UHGV virus genome: UHGV-1642828
Direction: 5' to 3' (one strand)
Length of the DNA: 16,115 bases
Origin: a virus
Part shown: positions 7,384-15,198 of the stretch, one piece after another
How positions within the stretch are numbered: position 1 is the stretch's first letter
Layout: the number at the start of each line of letters is the position of its first letter
Notes under the pieces: model-generated
Told to the model about the DNA's origin: nothing
Database searches by the model: none
What the model saw: only the letters and a program-made list of their open reading frames with translations
Translations under genes and position numbers: made by a program

Positions 7384-7749
7384 ATGAATCATTTATTCAC
7401 ATGCTCATTTTGCGGAGCAACCGAACTGGGAGCGATAAAGATCGTCGCAAAAGGTGGTAAGGACGAACCTGCCATCTGTTCGGAATGCGTAGTCACATGT
7501 GTAGAAAAAATGATCCTGACTAAAAAATCAGAGGCTGAAAAACCAACCTCTGATAACGAAATAATATCAGTCGATAAAAAACTATTTAAAGAGCTTCTTC
7601 AGCTTGTCCTCAACCTTCCTGATTTCGGAAGTAAGCTGGCTGCTGTTGACATTGATAGTAGCTCCACATCGACAAGTGAAACTTTTGTTCGACTTGAGCC
7701 AAGCGATTTTCTTCTTCGTCTTAGTGCCGCACTTAGGGCATGCGGGTAA
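7384..7749 (+). CDS. Small protein with an N-terminal ClpX-type C4 zinc-finger motif
   Basis: Starts MNHLFTCSFCGATELGAIKIVAKGGKDEPAICSECVVTCVEKMI; compare the recalled ClpX N-domain [36 protein letters not shown]. GAGG lies 6 nt upstream of the ATG at 7384; the longer ORF from 7366 uses TTG and has no Shine-Dalgarno. It is the first gene after the PL-like promoter. Confidence 0.55.
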   Translation: MNHLFTCSFCGATELGAIKIVAKGGKDEPAICSECVVTCVEKMILTKKSEAEKPTSDNEIISVDKKLFKELLQLVLNLPDFGSKLAAVDIDSSSTSTSETFVRLEPSDFLLRLSAALRACG

Positions 7750-7872
7750 CGTAATTTCCTGGTTATCAAAAGCGCCCATAAACATCCCTCTTGGTTGTGT
7801 GAGAACACCAAGATACCACCGCGCCTGATGTGGTTAAAAGCAGGCTAAAGCAATAACAAGTAACTCCCTGTT

Positions 7873-7922
7873 CTGGCGGCCCGGTGTTTTCCCGTGTATT
7901 TCCGGTAACCGCCAGCCTTTTT
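7873..7922 (+). terminator. Candidate intrinsic terminator (tL1-like) between the first early gene and rdgC
   Basis: Inverted repeat CTGGCGG/CCGG (7873-7884) with CCGG/CCGCCAG (7902-7915) around a 17-nt loop, followed by CCTTTTTC (7916-7923). Confidence 0.4.
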
Positions 7923-8091
7923 CAGGGCACAACAGAAAAGGGCATCACCGGGCGACGGGCTCATAACCCAATCCACCCGGGCAAAAAGAAAGCGGTCTCT
8001 GCAAGCCGCCGACCAATGCAGGTGCCCTTCTCTGTTGTGTATGGAGAAACTAACTTTTTAGCGCCGGTGCAGAGGCGTTGAGGAACCGAGA

Positions 8092-9009
8092 ATGAACAAT
8101 CCGTTTTTCAAAAATATGTTGGTGTATCGCATTAATCGCGATTTCACCATCAACCAGGAAGAGCTGGAACAGCAGCTTGAACTATTTCGCTTCACTCCAT
8201 GCGGTAGCCAGGATATGGCAAAAACCGGTTGGGTATCACCACTTGGTCAGCTGTCAGATCGCTTGCATCACACTGTCAATAATCAAGTGTTGTTGGTTAT
8301 TCGCCGGGAAGAAAAAATACTGCCATCTCCTGTCATTGCTGAAGAACTGCGCAAGCGTGTGTCGCGTCTGGAATCCGATCAGGGGCGTCGCCTCAAAAAA
8401 ACTGAGAAAGATTCGCTGCGTGATGAAGTGTTGCACTCCCTGCTTCCTCGGGCGTTCTCCAAAAACTCGACTGTTAGTTTGTGGATCAACGTCACCGACG
8501 GTCTGATCATGGTTGATGCAGCCAGCGCTAAACGTGCCGAAGACTCACTGGCCCTGCTTCGTAAAACTCTCGGTTCTCTCCCGGTGGTACCGCTGACTAT
8601 GGAAACGCCGATCGAACTAACTATGACCGAATGGGTTCGTTCCGGTAGTGCGCCTGCTGGCTTTGGCCTGGGTGATGAAGCCGAACTGAAAGCTATTCTT
8701 GAAGATGGTGGTATTGGACGCTTTAAAAAACAGACTCTGGTCAGTGACGAAATTCATGTGCATCTGGAAGCTGGCAAAGTAGTTACAAAGCTGTCTATCG
8801 ACTGGCAACAGCGCATTCAGTTCGTTCTTTGCGATGACGGCAGCATCAAACGCCTTAAGTTCTCTAATGAGATTACAGAACAAAACGACGATATCGACCG
8901 TGAGGATGCGGCTCAGAGGTTCGACGCTGACTTTGTTCTGATGACCGGCGAGCTTATCTCTCTCATTAACGGATTAACAACCTCTCTCGGCGGCGAAGCC
9001 AAGCGATAA
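8092..9009 (+). CDS. rdgC: Recombination-associated protein RdgC homolog
   Basis: 305-aa ORF with long identities to E. coli RdgC ([117 protein letters not shown]). GAGGAA Shine-Dalgarno upstream. Confidence 0.9.
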   Translation: MNNPFFKNMLVYRINRDFTINQEELEQQLELFRFTPCGSQDMAKTGWVSPLGQLSDRLHHTVNNQVLLVIRREEKILPSPVIAEELRKRVSRLESDQGRRLKKTEKDSLRDEVLHSLLPRAFSKNSTVSLWINVTDGLIMVDAASAKRAEDSLALLRKTLGSLPVVPLTMETPIELTMTEWVRSGSAPAGFGLGDEAELKAILEDGGIGRFKKQTLVSDEIHVHLEAGKVVTKLSIDWQQRIQFVLCDDGSIKRLKFSNEITEQNDDIDREDAAQRFDADFVLMTGELISLINGLTTSLGGEAKR

Positions 9010-9117
9010 ACACCAGGCAACAATTACCCCCATAAGCATGGGTTGGGTTGCTGCACGCTAAATTCAGCAATTCATTAATTTAATGGCGCGGTGCAGCGCG
9101 CCAATATGGAGAAAACC

Positions 9118-9657
9118 ATGAGCTACATTCAGACATTATCCGGCAAACATTTTAATTACCTCGATATCCAACAGGACGATATCGTGATCGAGGATATTGC
9201 TACCGCGTTGTCTCATATCTGCCGCTTTGCAGGGCATCTTCCTGAGTTTTACAGCGTCGGCCAGCATAGCGTTTTAACCAGCCATCTCGTTCCGCAGGAG
9301 TTTGCCTTAGAAGCACTGCTTCATGATGCCGCCGAAGCCTACCTGCAAGATATTCCCTCACCGCTTAAGCGCCTGTTACCGGATTACCAGGTGATCGAAG
9401 CTCGCGTAGACGCTGCTATTCGCCAGAAATTTGGCCTACCGACGGAGCAACACCCAACAGTGAAATATGCCGATCTGGTGATGCTCGCCAGCGAACGCCG
9501 CGATTTTGAGATTGACGAAGGTTCCGTGTGGCCATGCCTCGATGGCGTTGTCCCGACGGACCTATTCATCATCAATCCAGTTCGTCCAGGCCAGTCATAC
9601 GGCATGTTCATAAATCGCTTTAATGAGTTGATGGAGCAGCGTCAATGCGCCGCATGA
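9118..9657 (+). CDS. HD-domain phosphohydrolase
   Basis: Contains H...H (ALSHICRFAGH) followed about 35 aa later by HD (LLHDAAEAY), the metal-binding pattern of the HD superfamily. GGAGA lies 9 nt upstream of the ATG at 9118; the longest ORF starts at 9091. Confidence 0.5.
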   Translation: MSYIQTLSGKHFNYLDIQQDDIVIEDIATALSHICRFAGHLPEFYSVGQHSVLTSHLVPQEFALEALLHDAAEAYLQDIPSPLKRLLPDYQVIEARVDAAIRQKFGLPTEQHPTVKYADLVMLASERRDFEIDEGSVWPCLDGVVPTDLFIINPVRPGQSYGMFINRFNELMEQRQCAA

Positions 9658-9821
9658 AGGTAAAAGAACTCGTGGCGGAGGCGTTTGCCTCCGTGGCTGA
9701 ATTGCCACCAAAGCATGCATCGCTTATGCGCGAAGTCGCTACCAGGCTTGAAGCTACGTTCGCAGCATTAACCGAATCATTGGCGCAACTGGAACAGGAA
9801 CGTAAAGGTAAAACGCAATGA
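9654..9821 (+). CDS. Small hypothetical protein (55 aa), translationally coupled on both sides
   Basis: Not in the ORF track (below its length cutoff). ATG at 9654 overlaps the HD gene stop (ATGA) and its TGA overlaps the next gene's ATG at 9818 (ATGA). Translates MKVKELVAEAFASVAELPPKHASLMREVATRLEATFAALTESLAQLEQERKGKTQ. Confidence 0.35.
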   Translation: MKVKELVAEAFASVAELPPKHASLMREVATRLEATFAALTESLAQLEQERKGKTQ

Positions 9822-10072
9822 CCGTATTTGAATATCTCCAGGGCCACCCGAACGCCACCAGCGGTGAAATCGCAAGGGCGATGGGTAAAAAGACGCCAGC
9901 CGTAGCCAGCGCACTATCTCAGCTTTATGCAACAGGGAGAATTGTTAAGTCTGGCGCACGCGGTGGGATACCGACATACCGCGTCAATGATCTGCCGTTT
10001 GGATGCAGCAATAACTTAACGCTGATATTTAACCAGCTTCTGCGAAACGTCCGCAAAGGAGCAGCCCAATGA
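9818..10072 (+). CDS. Hypothetical small protein, possible winged-helix DNA-binding protein
   Basis: 84-aa ORF with a wHTH-like segment (ATSGEIARAMGKKTPAVASALSQLYATGRI); overlapping start/stop coupling with neighbours. Confidence 0.45.
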   Translation: MTVFEYLQGHPNATSGEIARAMGKKTPAVASALSQLYATGRIVKSGARGGIPTYRVNDLPFGCSNNLTLIFNQLLRNVRKGAAQ

Positions 10073-10386
10073 GCAAATTTACGGCATTACCAGTAGAACG
10101 CGACCAATACGGCTACTGGACTCACCCCGTCTATGAGCAATTTTGCGATGGTCGTGAATTTATCTCACCTGATGAGTTCAACGCCTGGCTGGATAAAAAC
10201 GGCCTCGAATGGACGGTAGTTTACCGGGATGAAGAAGACATCGATCCTGAAGTTGATGGTTACGATATTTCAGCCTGGCAGCCAGAATCGCCAGCCGGTG
10301 AAGGTTGGTTTGTCGGTTCAATTCACAACACCGAAGATGGCGCGGTATGCATCTGGTTACGTAACGTTGAAGGCGGTGCAGCATGA
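10069..10386 (+). CDS. Hypothetical protein
   Basis: 105-aa acidic ORF, translationally coupled (overlapping stops/starts) within the early-left operon. Confidence 0.45.
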   Translation: MSKFTALPVERDQYGYWTHPVYEQFCDGREFISPDEFNAWLDKNGLEWTVVYRDEEDIDPEVDGYDISAWQPESPAGEGWFVGSIHNTEDGAVCIWLRNVEGGAA

Positions 10387-11141
10387 CAGTCCATACACTG
10401 AAGCAATGCCGCCCGGACCAAGAAGAAACCGAGTATTTCTGGAAGTTGTTTCATGCGGCACAACGGAATGACGCTCGCTGGAACGGTAGTGAAATCAGCA
10501 TTATCGCCGATGAACTATCCCGGACGGATTTAGATCGTAATCAAAAACTGTTTCTTCTCCGTGCCTGGCAAGTGCTGGTAGACGACAAAGGTGGATTCGG
10601 GCGCTTGATGGGTGCCTTTGATACTTACGTCTACAACATGCAGGACCCTGATGATGACTGCGTAGCCTGGAAGCCTGAACTGGCTAAGCTGCTACAGGAT
10701 GGCAATCTGTTTGATGTTGTGCTGACGGCATATCAGGAGGCCTGCCATGAGGGGATCGTTAATTGGGAGGCAGCGGTATCTCTTTCTGAGGAAAACGTAG
10801 AACTGAAGCGCAAACTCTACGCAGCAGAGAATCAAATAGCAGAACTGGAGGCGCGGACGTTCAATCCTGCAATTCTAGATGTGATAGCAGAGCGCCAGCG
10901 GCAGAAAGCCGTTGAGGGCTGGACGTCTGAGCATGACGACGCCTATCAAAACAGTGAGCTGGCAGATGCTGCAGCTTGCTATGCGATTAACGCACACAAT
11001 CAAGGCCTCTCAACGCCAGCGCATTGGCCGTGGGCTCCTGATTGGTGGAAGCAATCTGGGCCGCGTCGTGACCTTGTGAAAGCTGGCGCACTTATTCTGG
11101 CCGAAATTGAACGCATAGACCGCCAGGAGGCCGCCCAATGA
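10383..11141 (+). CDS. Hypothetical protein (Trp-rich C-terminal region, coiled-coil segment)
   Basis: 252-aa ORF, coupled to neighbours; contains AENQIAELEAR and HWPWAPDWWK. No family recognised. Confidence 0.5.
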   Translation: MTVHTLKQCRPDQEETEYFWKLFHAAQRNDARWNGSEISIIADELSRTDLDRNQKLFLLRAWQVLVDDKGGFGRLMGAFDTYVYNMQDPDDDCVAWKPELAKLLQDGNLFDVVLTAYQEACHEGIVNWEAAVSLSEENVELKRKLYAAENQIAELEARTFNPAILDVIAERQRQKAVEGWTSEHDDAYQNSELADAAACYAINAHNQGLSTPAHWPWAPDWWKQSGPRRDLVKAGALILAEIERIDRQEAAQ

Positions 11142-11530
11142 GCAACATCAACAAACGCGCAACAGAGATGCTGATTGAAAACGGAGTGCTGGTTGCCGAC
11201 ACGCTGAGGCGTTTGGCTGATAACGAAATCGACTCCGATTACTTTGCTATTTGCCACACAAACGAAAACGGAACTGAAATTGAATGCGAGCTGGCAATTA
11301 CAGATTACGCACGCCAATCTGCTGGAATCGTTGATGATCTGGTAAATGCGCTGGAAGCCGCAGAGAAGCGCATTGCAGAACTGGAAGCGCGGGAAATATC
11401 GCTCCCAGAACTTAGCAGCATGCTTCATCGAACAGATTTTCACGAGGATTACCAAACGGTAATGGCATACAAAGTTTCTGAGGTCATCGCTGCAATCCGC
11501 GCCGCTGGCATTCGCATCAAAGGAGAGTGA
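11138..11530 (+). CDS. Hypothetical protein
   Basis: 130-aa ORF, coupled; shares the EKRIAELEAR heptad-like motif with the preceding gene. Confidence 0.5.
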   Translation: MSNINKRATEMLIENGVLVADTLRRLADNEIDSDYFAICHTNENGTEIECELAITDYARQSAGIVDDLVNALEAAEKRIAELEAREISLPELSSMLHRTDFHEDYQTVMAYKVSEVIAAIRAAGIRIKGE

Positions 11531-11531
11531 T

Positions 11532-11966
11532 ATGGCGTTAACACACCGCGAACTCTGTCAGATTGCGTACAAGTTCCTTAAGCGCAACGGGTTCAAGGTT
11601 TGTTTTCATGACCGCTTTATAGCTGTAACCAGTACCGGAGAACAGCCAGATGCTATGGGATTCAGAAATTCAGCATCATGCCTGATAGAGGCGAAATGTT
11701 CTCGTGCTGACTTGTTGGCAGATAGAAAAAAGCGTTTTCGTAAAAATCCGTCTCTTGGAATGGGCGACTGGCGATTCTTTATTAGTGAGCCGGGAATTAT
11801 TTCAATTGAGGATTTACCACCTGGCTGGGGATTACTTCACGTTGTTAACGGAAGAGTACGGAAAGTGCATGGGTGCCCAAGGGTAATTGCTGTTGGGGTA
11901 ATCCTGACGATAAGCCATTTACTGGAAATAAGCAGGTTGAATGCGATTACATGTTATCTGCATTAA
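11532..11966 (+). CDS. Hypothetical protein with a possible PD-(D/E)xK nuclease-like motif; the 3' end may be frameshifted
   Basis: 144-aa ORF containing GEQPDAMGF...CLIEAKCS (a D ... ExK arrangement). A second reading frame opening after the stop at 11846-11848 encodes a plausible C-terminus (...GNCCWGNPDDKPFTGNKQVECDYMLSALRRMELRGHLNEIYDGVIVNKKEGNAA) and ends at 12044-12046 in an ATGA overlap with the next gene. Confidence 0.4.
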   Translation: MALTHRELCQIAYKFLKRNGFKVCFHDRFIAVTSTGEQPDAMGFRNSASCLIEAKCSRADLLADRKKRFRKNPSLGMGDWRFFISEPGIISIEDLPPGWGLLHVVNGRVRKVHGCPRVIAVGVILTISHLLEISRLNAITCYLH

Positions 11967-12042
11967 GGCGCATGGAGTTGAGAGGGCACCTTAATGAAAT
12001 ATATGACGGTGTAATTGTTAATAAGAAAGAAGGAAACGCGGC

Positions 12043-12744
12043 ATGATCACTATTACCAAAGAGCGACTGCTGACAATCAAGCAGTGGCGCGAAACATACG
12101 GACCTGGTAGCAACGTTGTACTGCCAGCAGAAGAAGCGGAAGAACTGGCACGAATTGCTCTGGCATCGCTGGAAGCAGAGCCTATTGGTGAGGTTTCAGA
12201 GAAGCGACTCGGCCTTGTTATGGATGGAACGGTAGACCTTGGCGGGAAATCAACTTATCGCATCATTAAGGGAGAAAAAGCGATGAAGTTGTTGCCGCTG
12301 GGGACGAAGTTTTATGCCGCCCCTCCAGTGCCAGTAGTACCGGAAGAAAAACCAATGCCTAATCCTCTTAGCATGTACGCGGTTGATGCTTTTGCCGCTA
12401 TTGCAGAGGTGAGAGGCTGGAACGCCTGCCGTGCCGCTATGCTTCAGGGTAAATCCGAACAACCACAAAACGCACAACAAAATATTCCGGAAAATATTCA
12501 CGGTGGCAACTCTCCGGTAACTCCGGATGGTTGGATAAGCTGTAGTGATCGAATGCCGGAAAAGAATCAGAACGTGCTTATTTCAGTGAATTTCGATAGC
12601 TCTCTGGTTGAACCGCTAATATGCTCCGCACGCTATACCGGAAGCACCTTTCGGCGCGGAGATGCAACGATTAAGCCGGGTAATGGTATTGAGCAAGCAA
12701 CTCACTGGATGCCGCTACCGGAACCGCCGCAGGAGGTGAAGTAA
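12043..12744 (+). CDS. DUF551-like phage protein
   Basis: 233-aa ORF whose C-terminal part (GWISCSDRMPEKNQNVLISV ... ATHWMPLPEPPQEV) matches the recalled DUF551 signature ending in W.PLPEPP. Confidence 0.5.
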   Translation: MITITKERLLTIKQWRETYGPGSNVVLPAEEAEELARIALASLEAEPIGEVSEKRLGLVMDGTVDLGGKSTYRIIKGEKAMKLLPLGTKFYAAPPVPVVPEEKPMPNPLSMYAVDAFAAIAEVRGWNACRAAMLQGKSEQPQNAQQNIPENIHGGNSPVTPDGWISCSDRMPEKNQNVLISVNFDSSLVEPLICSARYTGSTFRRGDATIKPGNGIEQATHWMPLPEPPQEVK

Positions 12745-13316
12745 TGAATAACTTAATGATCGACCTTGAGACGATGGGGAAAAATAAGGATGCACCGATC
12801 GTTTCCATTGGCGCGGTGTTCTTCACTCCAGAAACCGGAGACATCGAACAAGAATTCTATACGGTTGTTAGCCTGGAAAGTGCTATGGAGCAAGGAGCTA
12901 CACCTGACGGCGATACCATCCTGTGGTGGTTGAAACAGAGCTCTGAAGCACGAGCTGCAATCTGTATTGATGATACTTTGTCGATCAGCGATGCACTCTC
13001 TGAACTGAGCCATTTCATTAATCAGCATGCAGACAATACAAAATATTTAAAAGTCTGGGGTAACGGGGCCACCTTCGACAACGTAATTTTACGTGGAGCT
13101 TACGAGCGAGCAGGACAAATCTGCCCGTGGGCGTACTGGAATGACCACGATGTACGCACGATCATTACGCTTGGGCGTTCCATCGGATTCGACCCAAAAA
13201 TGGACATGCCTTTCGATGGCGAACGGCACAACGCCCTGGCTGATGCCCGTCATCAGGCAAAATATGTTTCCGCTATCTGGCAGAAACTAATTCCTGCCAC
13301 CAGCACAGAATTATGA
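12744..13316 (+). CDS. 3'-5' exonuclease (DEDDh / DnaQ-like fold)
   Basis: 190-aa ORF with N-terminal IDLETMG (Asp-x-Glu) and C-terminal HNALADARHQ (His-x4-Asp), as in DEDDh exonucleases. TAATG overlap with the upstream gene. Confidence 0.65.
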   Translation: MNNLMIDLETMGKNKDAPIVSIGAVFFTPETGDIEQEFYTVVSLESAMEQGATPDGDTILWWLKQSSEARAAICIDDTLSISDALSELSHFINQHADNTKYLKVWGNGATFDNVILRGAYERAGQICPWAYWNDHDVRTIITLGRSIGFDPKMDMPFDGERHNALADARHQAKYVSAIWQKLIPATSTEL

Positions 13317-13352
13317 TTTTCCCGGGTGCAGCCGGTTTTGATGGAGAAAATT

Positions 13353-13634
13353 ATGAACACCTTGTTTTTACTGATGGCTGAATTCAATACCCCTAACATT
13401 GAACTCTCAGCAGTTAGCCAGAAGTACTTTGGCATGAGTCCAGCCACGGCAGAAGCAAAAGCAAACGCTTGTAAGTTGCCCGTTCCAACATATCGCATCG
13501 GCACATCACAAAAAGCAAAACGTTGCATCAATATTCAGGATCTTGCGGAATACATAGACAAAAGACGAGAAGAAGGACGTATCGAGTGGGAACAGGTCAG
13601 AACAGGCAAACAGAAGGGCAAAGAACATCACTAA
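13353..13634 (+). CDS. PrtN-family / excisionase-like DNA-binding protein
   Basis: ORF track gives 13326..13634; GGAGA 5 nt upstream favours the ATG at 13353 (MNTLFLLMAEF...). It is the last gene of the early-left operon, followed directly by a terminator. Family assignment is from recalled PrtN-type excisionase resemblance. Confidence 0.5.
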   Translation: MNTLFLLMAEFNTPNIELSAVSQKYFGMSPATAEAKANACKLPVPTYRIGTSQKAKRCINIQDLAEYIDKRREEGRIEWEQVRTGKQKGKEHH

Positions 13635-13636
13635 AG

Positions 13637-13663
13637 AAAAAACCCGCCTGAAGGCGGGTTTTC
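13637..13663. terminator. Bidirectional rho-independent terminator
   Basis: AAAAAA-CCCGCC-TGAA-GGCGGG-TTTTC: a perfect 6-bp GC stem (13643-13648 / 13653-13658) with a 4-nt loop, flanked by an A-run and a T-run. It terminates both the plus-strand operon and the convergent small minus-strand gene. Confidence 0.75.
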
Positions 13664-13681
13664 AAAAAGCACCAGCTATGA

Positions 13682-13855
13682 TCATGCTGCTTTGCGACGA
13701 CGAAGCTTACCCTGCTGCTCTTTACCAGAGACAGTAGCGTGAGTGAACGCATTAGGAGCAGCCTTCATCAGAACTTCAACAGCAGCACCCATACCTGCGA
13801 ATGCTTTCATTGTGTCGAACTTAACCTGTGGCTTGGTTGCTTTTTGATCTTTCAT
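13682..13855 (-). CDS. Small hypothetical protein (57 aa)
   Basis: Not in the ORF track (below its length cutoff). ATG at 13855-13853 with GGGAG about 8 nt upstream. Translates MKDQKATKPQVKFDTMKAFAGMGAAVEVLMKAAPNAFTHATVSGKEQQGKLRRRKAA and ends just before the bidirectional terminator. Confidence 0.4.
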   Translation of the reverse strand: MKDQKATKPQVKFDTMKAFAGMGAAVEVLMKAAPNAFTHATVSGKEQQGKLRRRKAA

Positions 13856-14051
13856 AGAAAACTCCCGAGACAGTAAAGGCGTCTCTAACCCTCTCTTTAA
13901 AGCTAGCTTGTTTCGCTAACTTATGCCAATCGATCATGTCGATTGGTGACATCGTTTCTTAGTAGTTTAAGCACAAAACGACTGCCATAGATGTACCTTT
14001 AAGGTAATCTGGACGGGTATCCTACAATTTGTAGACCCTTCTCGTCTATAC

Positions 14052-14588
14052 CTACTGAGCAAATTTAAGAAAGATATCCTGCAGCTCATCAATGACTGCA
14101 GACATCACATAACCGCACTGTTCCATGCGGAAACCAAAAGACTCGTAATACTGCACCAGTTCTGGTACTGGCTCTACAATGTGGACAACTTTACATTCAA
14201 CAGCTTTACAAAATATAAAAGCACTCATAAGAGTGAGTAAAACCATGCGCCCTTTCAATGGGTGAGATTCATCTTCTCTAGAAAACCTTTCGATCATATG
14301 GATACGAAAGATGTTTTCTTCAACCCCATAAACACAAATTGCTGCTCCTGATGGTATTCCCTGAACCCGACCTTGCTGAACAAGTTTTATGCAGAACTCA
14401 TACTTTTCTCTGGAGTTGCCATAGGTGCTTAACGCATAGTCCCATTCAAGCTCACCATAGCCACCACACAGAATCTTGTAATCATCATCACTGAGCGGAC
14501 CAACAGCAAGAGGTAAGCCGACATGATCAATAATCAACTGGATATTGTTACGTACTGATTGACCTATCTCGTCCAGGGTAAGCATCAT
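14052..14588 (-). CDS. Hypothetical protein (178 aa), weak GNAT-like resemblance
   Basis: Isolated ORF in the AT-rich block; two adjacent ATG codons at the start. A minus-strand TATAAT (plus 14618-14623) lies about 25 nt upstream. It contains QQGRVQGIPSG and a C-terminal VQYYESFGF, loosely reminiscent of GNAT motifs A and B. Confidence 0.45.
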   Translation of the reverse strand: MMLTLDEIGQSVRNNIQLIIDHVGLPLAVGPLSDDDYKILCGGYGELEWDYALSTYGNSREKYEFCIKLVQQGRVQGIPSGAAICVYGVEENIFRIHMIERFSREDESHPLKGRMVLLTLMSAFIFCKAVECKVVHIVEPVPELVQYYESFGFRMEQCGYVMSAVIDELQDIFLKFAQ

Positions 14589-15126
14589 GGCCTCTCAAGC
14601 GGAACACTAAAAGTCGCATTATATCTCATTCTTAAGCCGCGTATGGATTACACCTTGAAATGAAAACGCCGGGTTCCCAATAGGCTCCCACAGAGTGTAT
14701 AACTACTTGTTTTTCAACAACGGTACATCCTATCGAGCATTGGTGCAACGCTAAACCGACCACTCCAGTGAACGTCAGTTTTTTCAGGCATTGCGCTGGT
14801 TTGGTTGATTTTTTGCATTTCAGAATTACCGTGCATTTTCAAATGTAGAGATTATTTTATCGATATATCATGGGGTTATGTTATTCAGCATCACTGTTCA
14901 GGAGGCTCAATAACGGGGTACTATACCATAACAACAGGAAGCGCCTGTCTCATTGCAAAAGAAAATTGAGATCCTCTCAAGGCATGAAGCTCTCACGAAG
15001 TGATGGAAATAATCTTATTAGCCGTTAGCTTTGTTAAGGCCAATGATAAACAATCCAGGTTCGACGATAAATAAAAATCACACATTAAACTCCGGTGATA
15101 TCTCTCCCTGCTAATAGCACTGATAG

Positions 15127-15162
15127 AGAAAAAAAGAACCCAATAAGCATTGGGTTCTTTTA
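15127..15162 (-). terminator. Rho-independent terminator downstream of the 248-aa gene
   Basis: Perfect 10-bp stem AGAACCCAAT / ATTGGGTTCT (15135-15144 / 15149-15158) with a 4-nt loop. The plus-strand A-run at 15127-15135 gives a long U-run on the minus-strand transcript. Confidence 0.65.
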
Positions 15163-15198
15163 TGTAATGCCTTCCATACCATCGAAGAACTTCACATA

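Noticed and set aside
7911-7928. boxB-like sequence (complement reads GCCCTGAAAAAGGCTGGC, close to lambda boxB GCCCTGAAAAAGGGC)
   Set aside because: The resemblance is on the strand opposite to the PL-like transcript and does not form the boxB hairpin in the transcribed orientation. It is more simply the T-run side of the terminator hairpin.
7884-8081. 65-aa basic ORF upstream of rdgC, considered as an N-like antiterminator
   Set aside because: It starts inside the terminator-like hairpin, lacks a ribosome-binding site, and has no N-type arginine-rich N-terminal motif. Spurious ORF over a structured leader.
13860-14051. Search for a tRNA gene or attachment site after the excisionase-like gene
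   Set aside because: No tRNA-like T-arm/acceptor signature (GGTTCGAATCC...CCA) and no flanking direct repeat could be identified, so no att site or tRNA is claimed.
14589-15198. Small ORFs in the 610-bp AT-rich spacer: a 21-aa hydrophobic peptide overlapping the terminator and a 40-aa minus-strand ORF at 14714..14836
   Set aside because: Neither has a Shine-Dalgarno, and the hydrophobic peptide is encoded by the terminator stem itself. Not enough support to call a type I toxin or small protein, though an sRNA or promoter here is not excluded.
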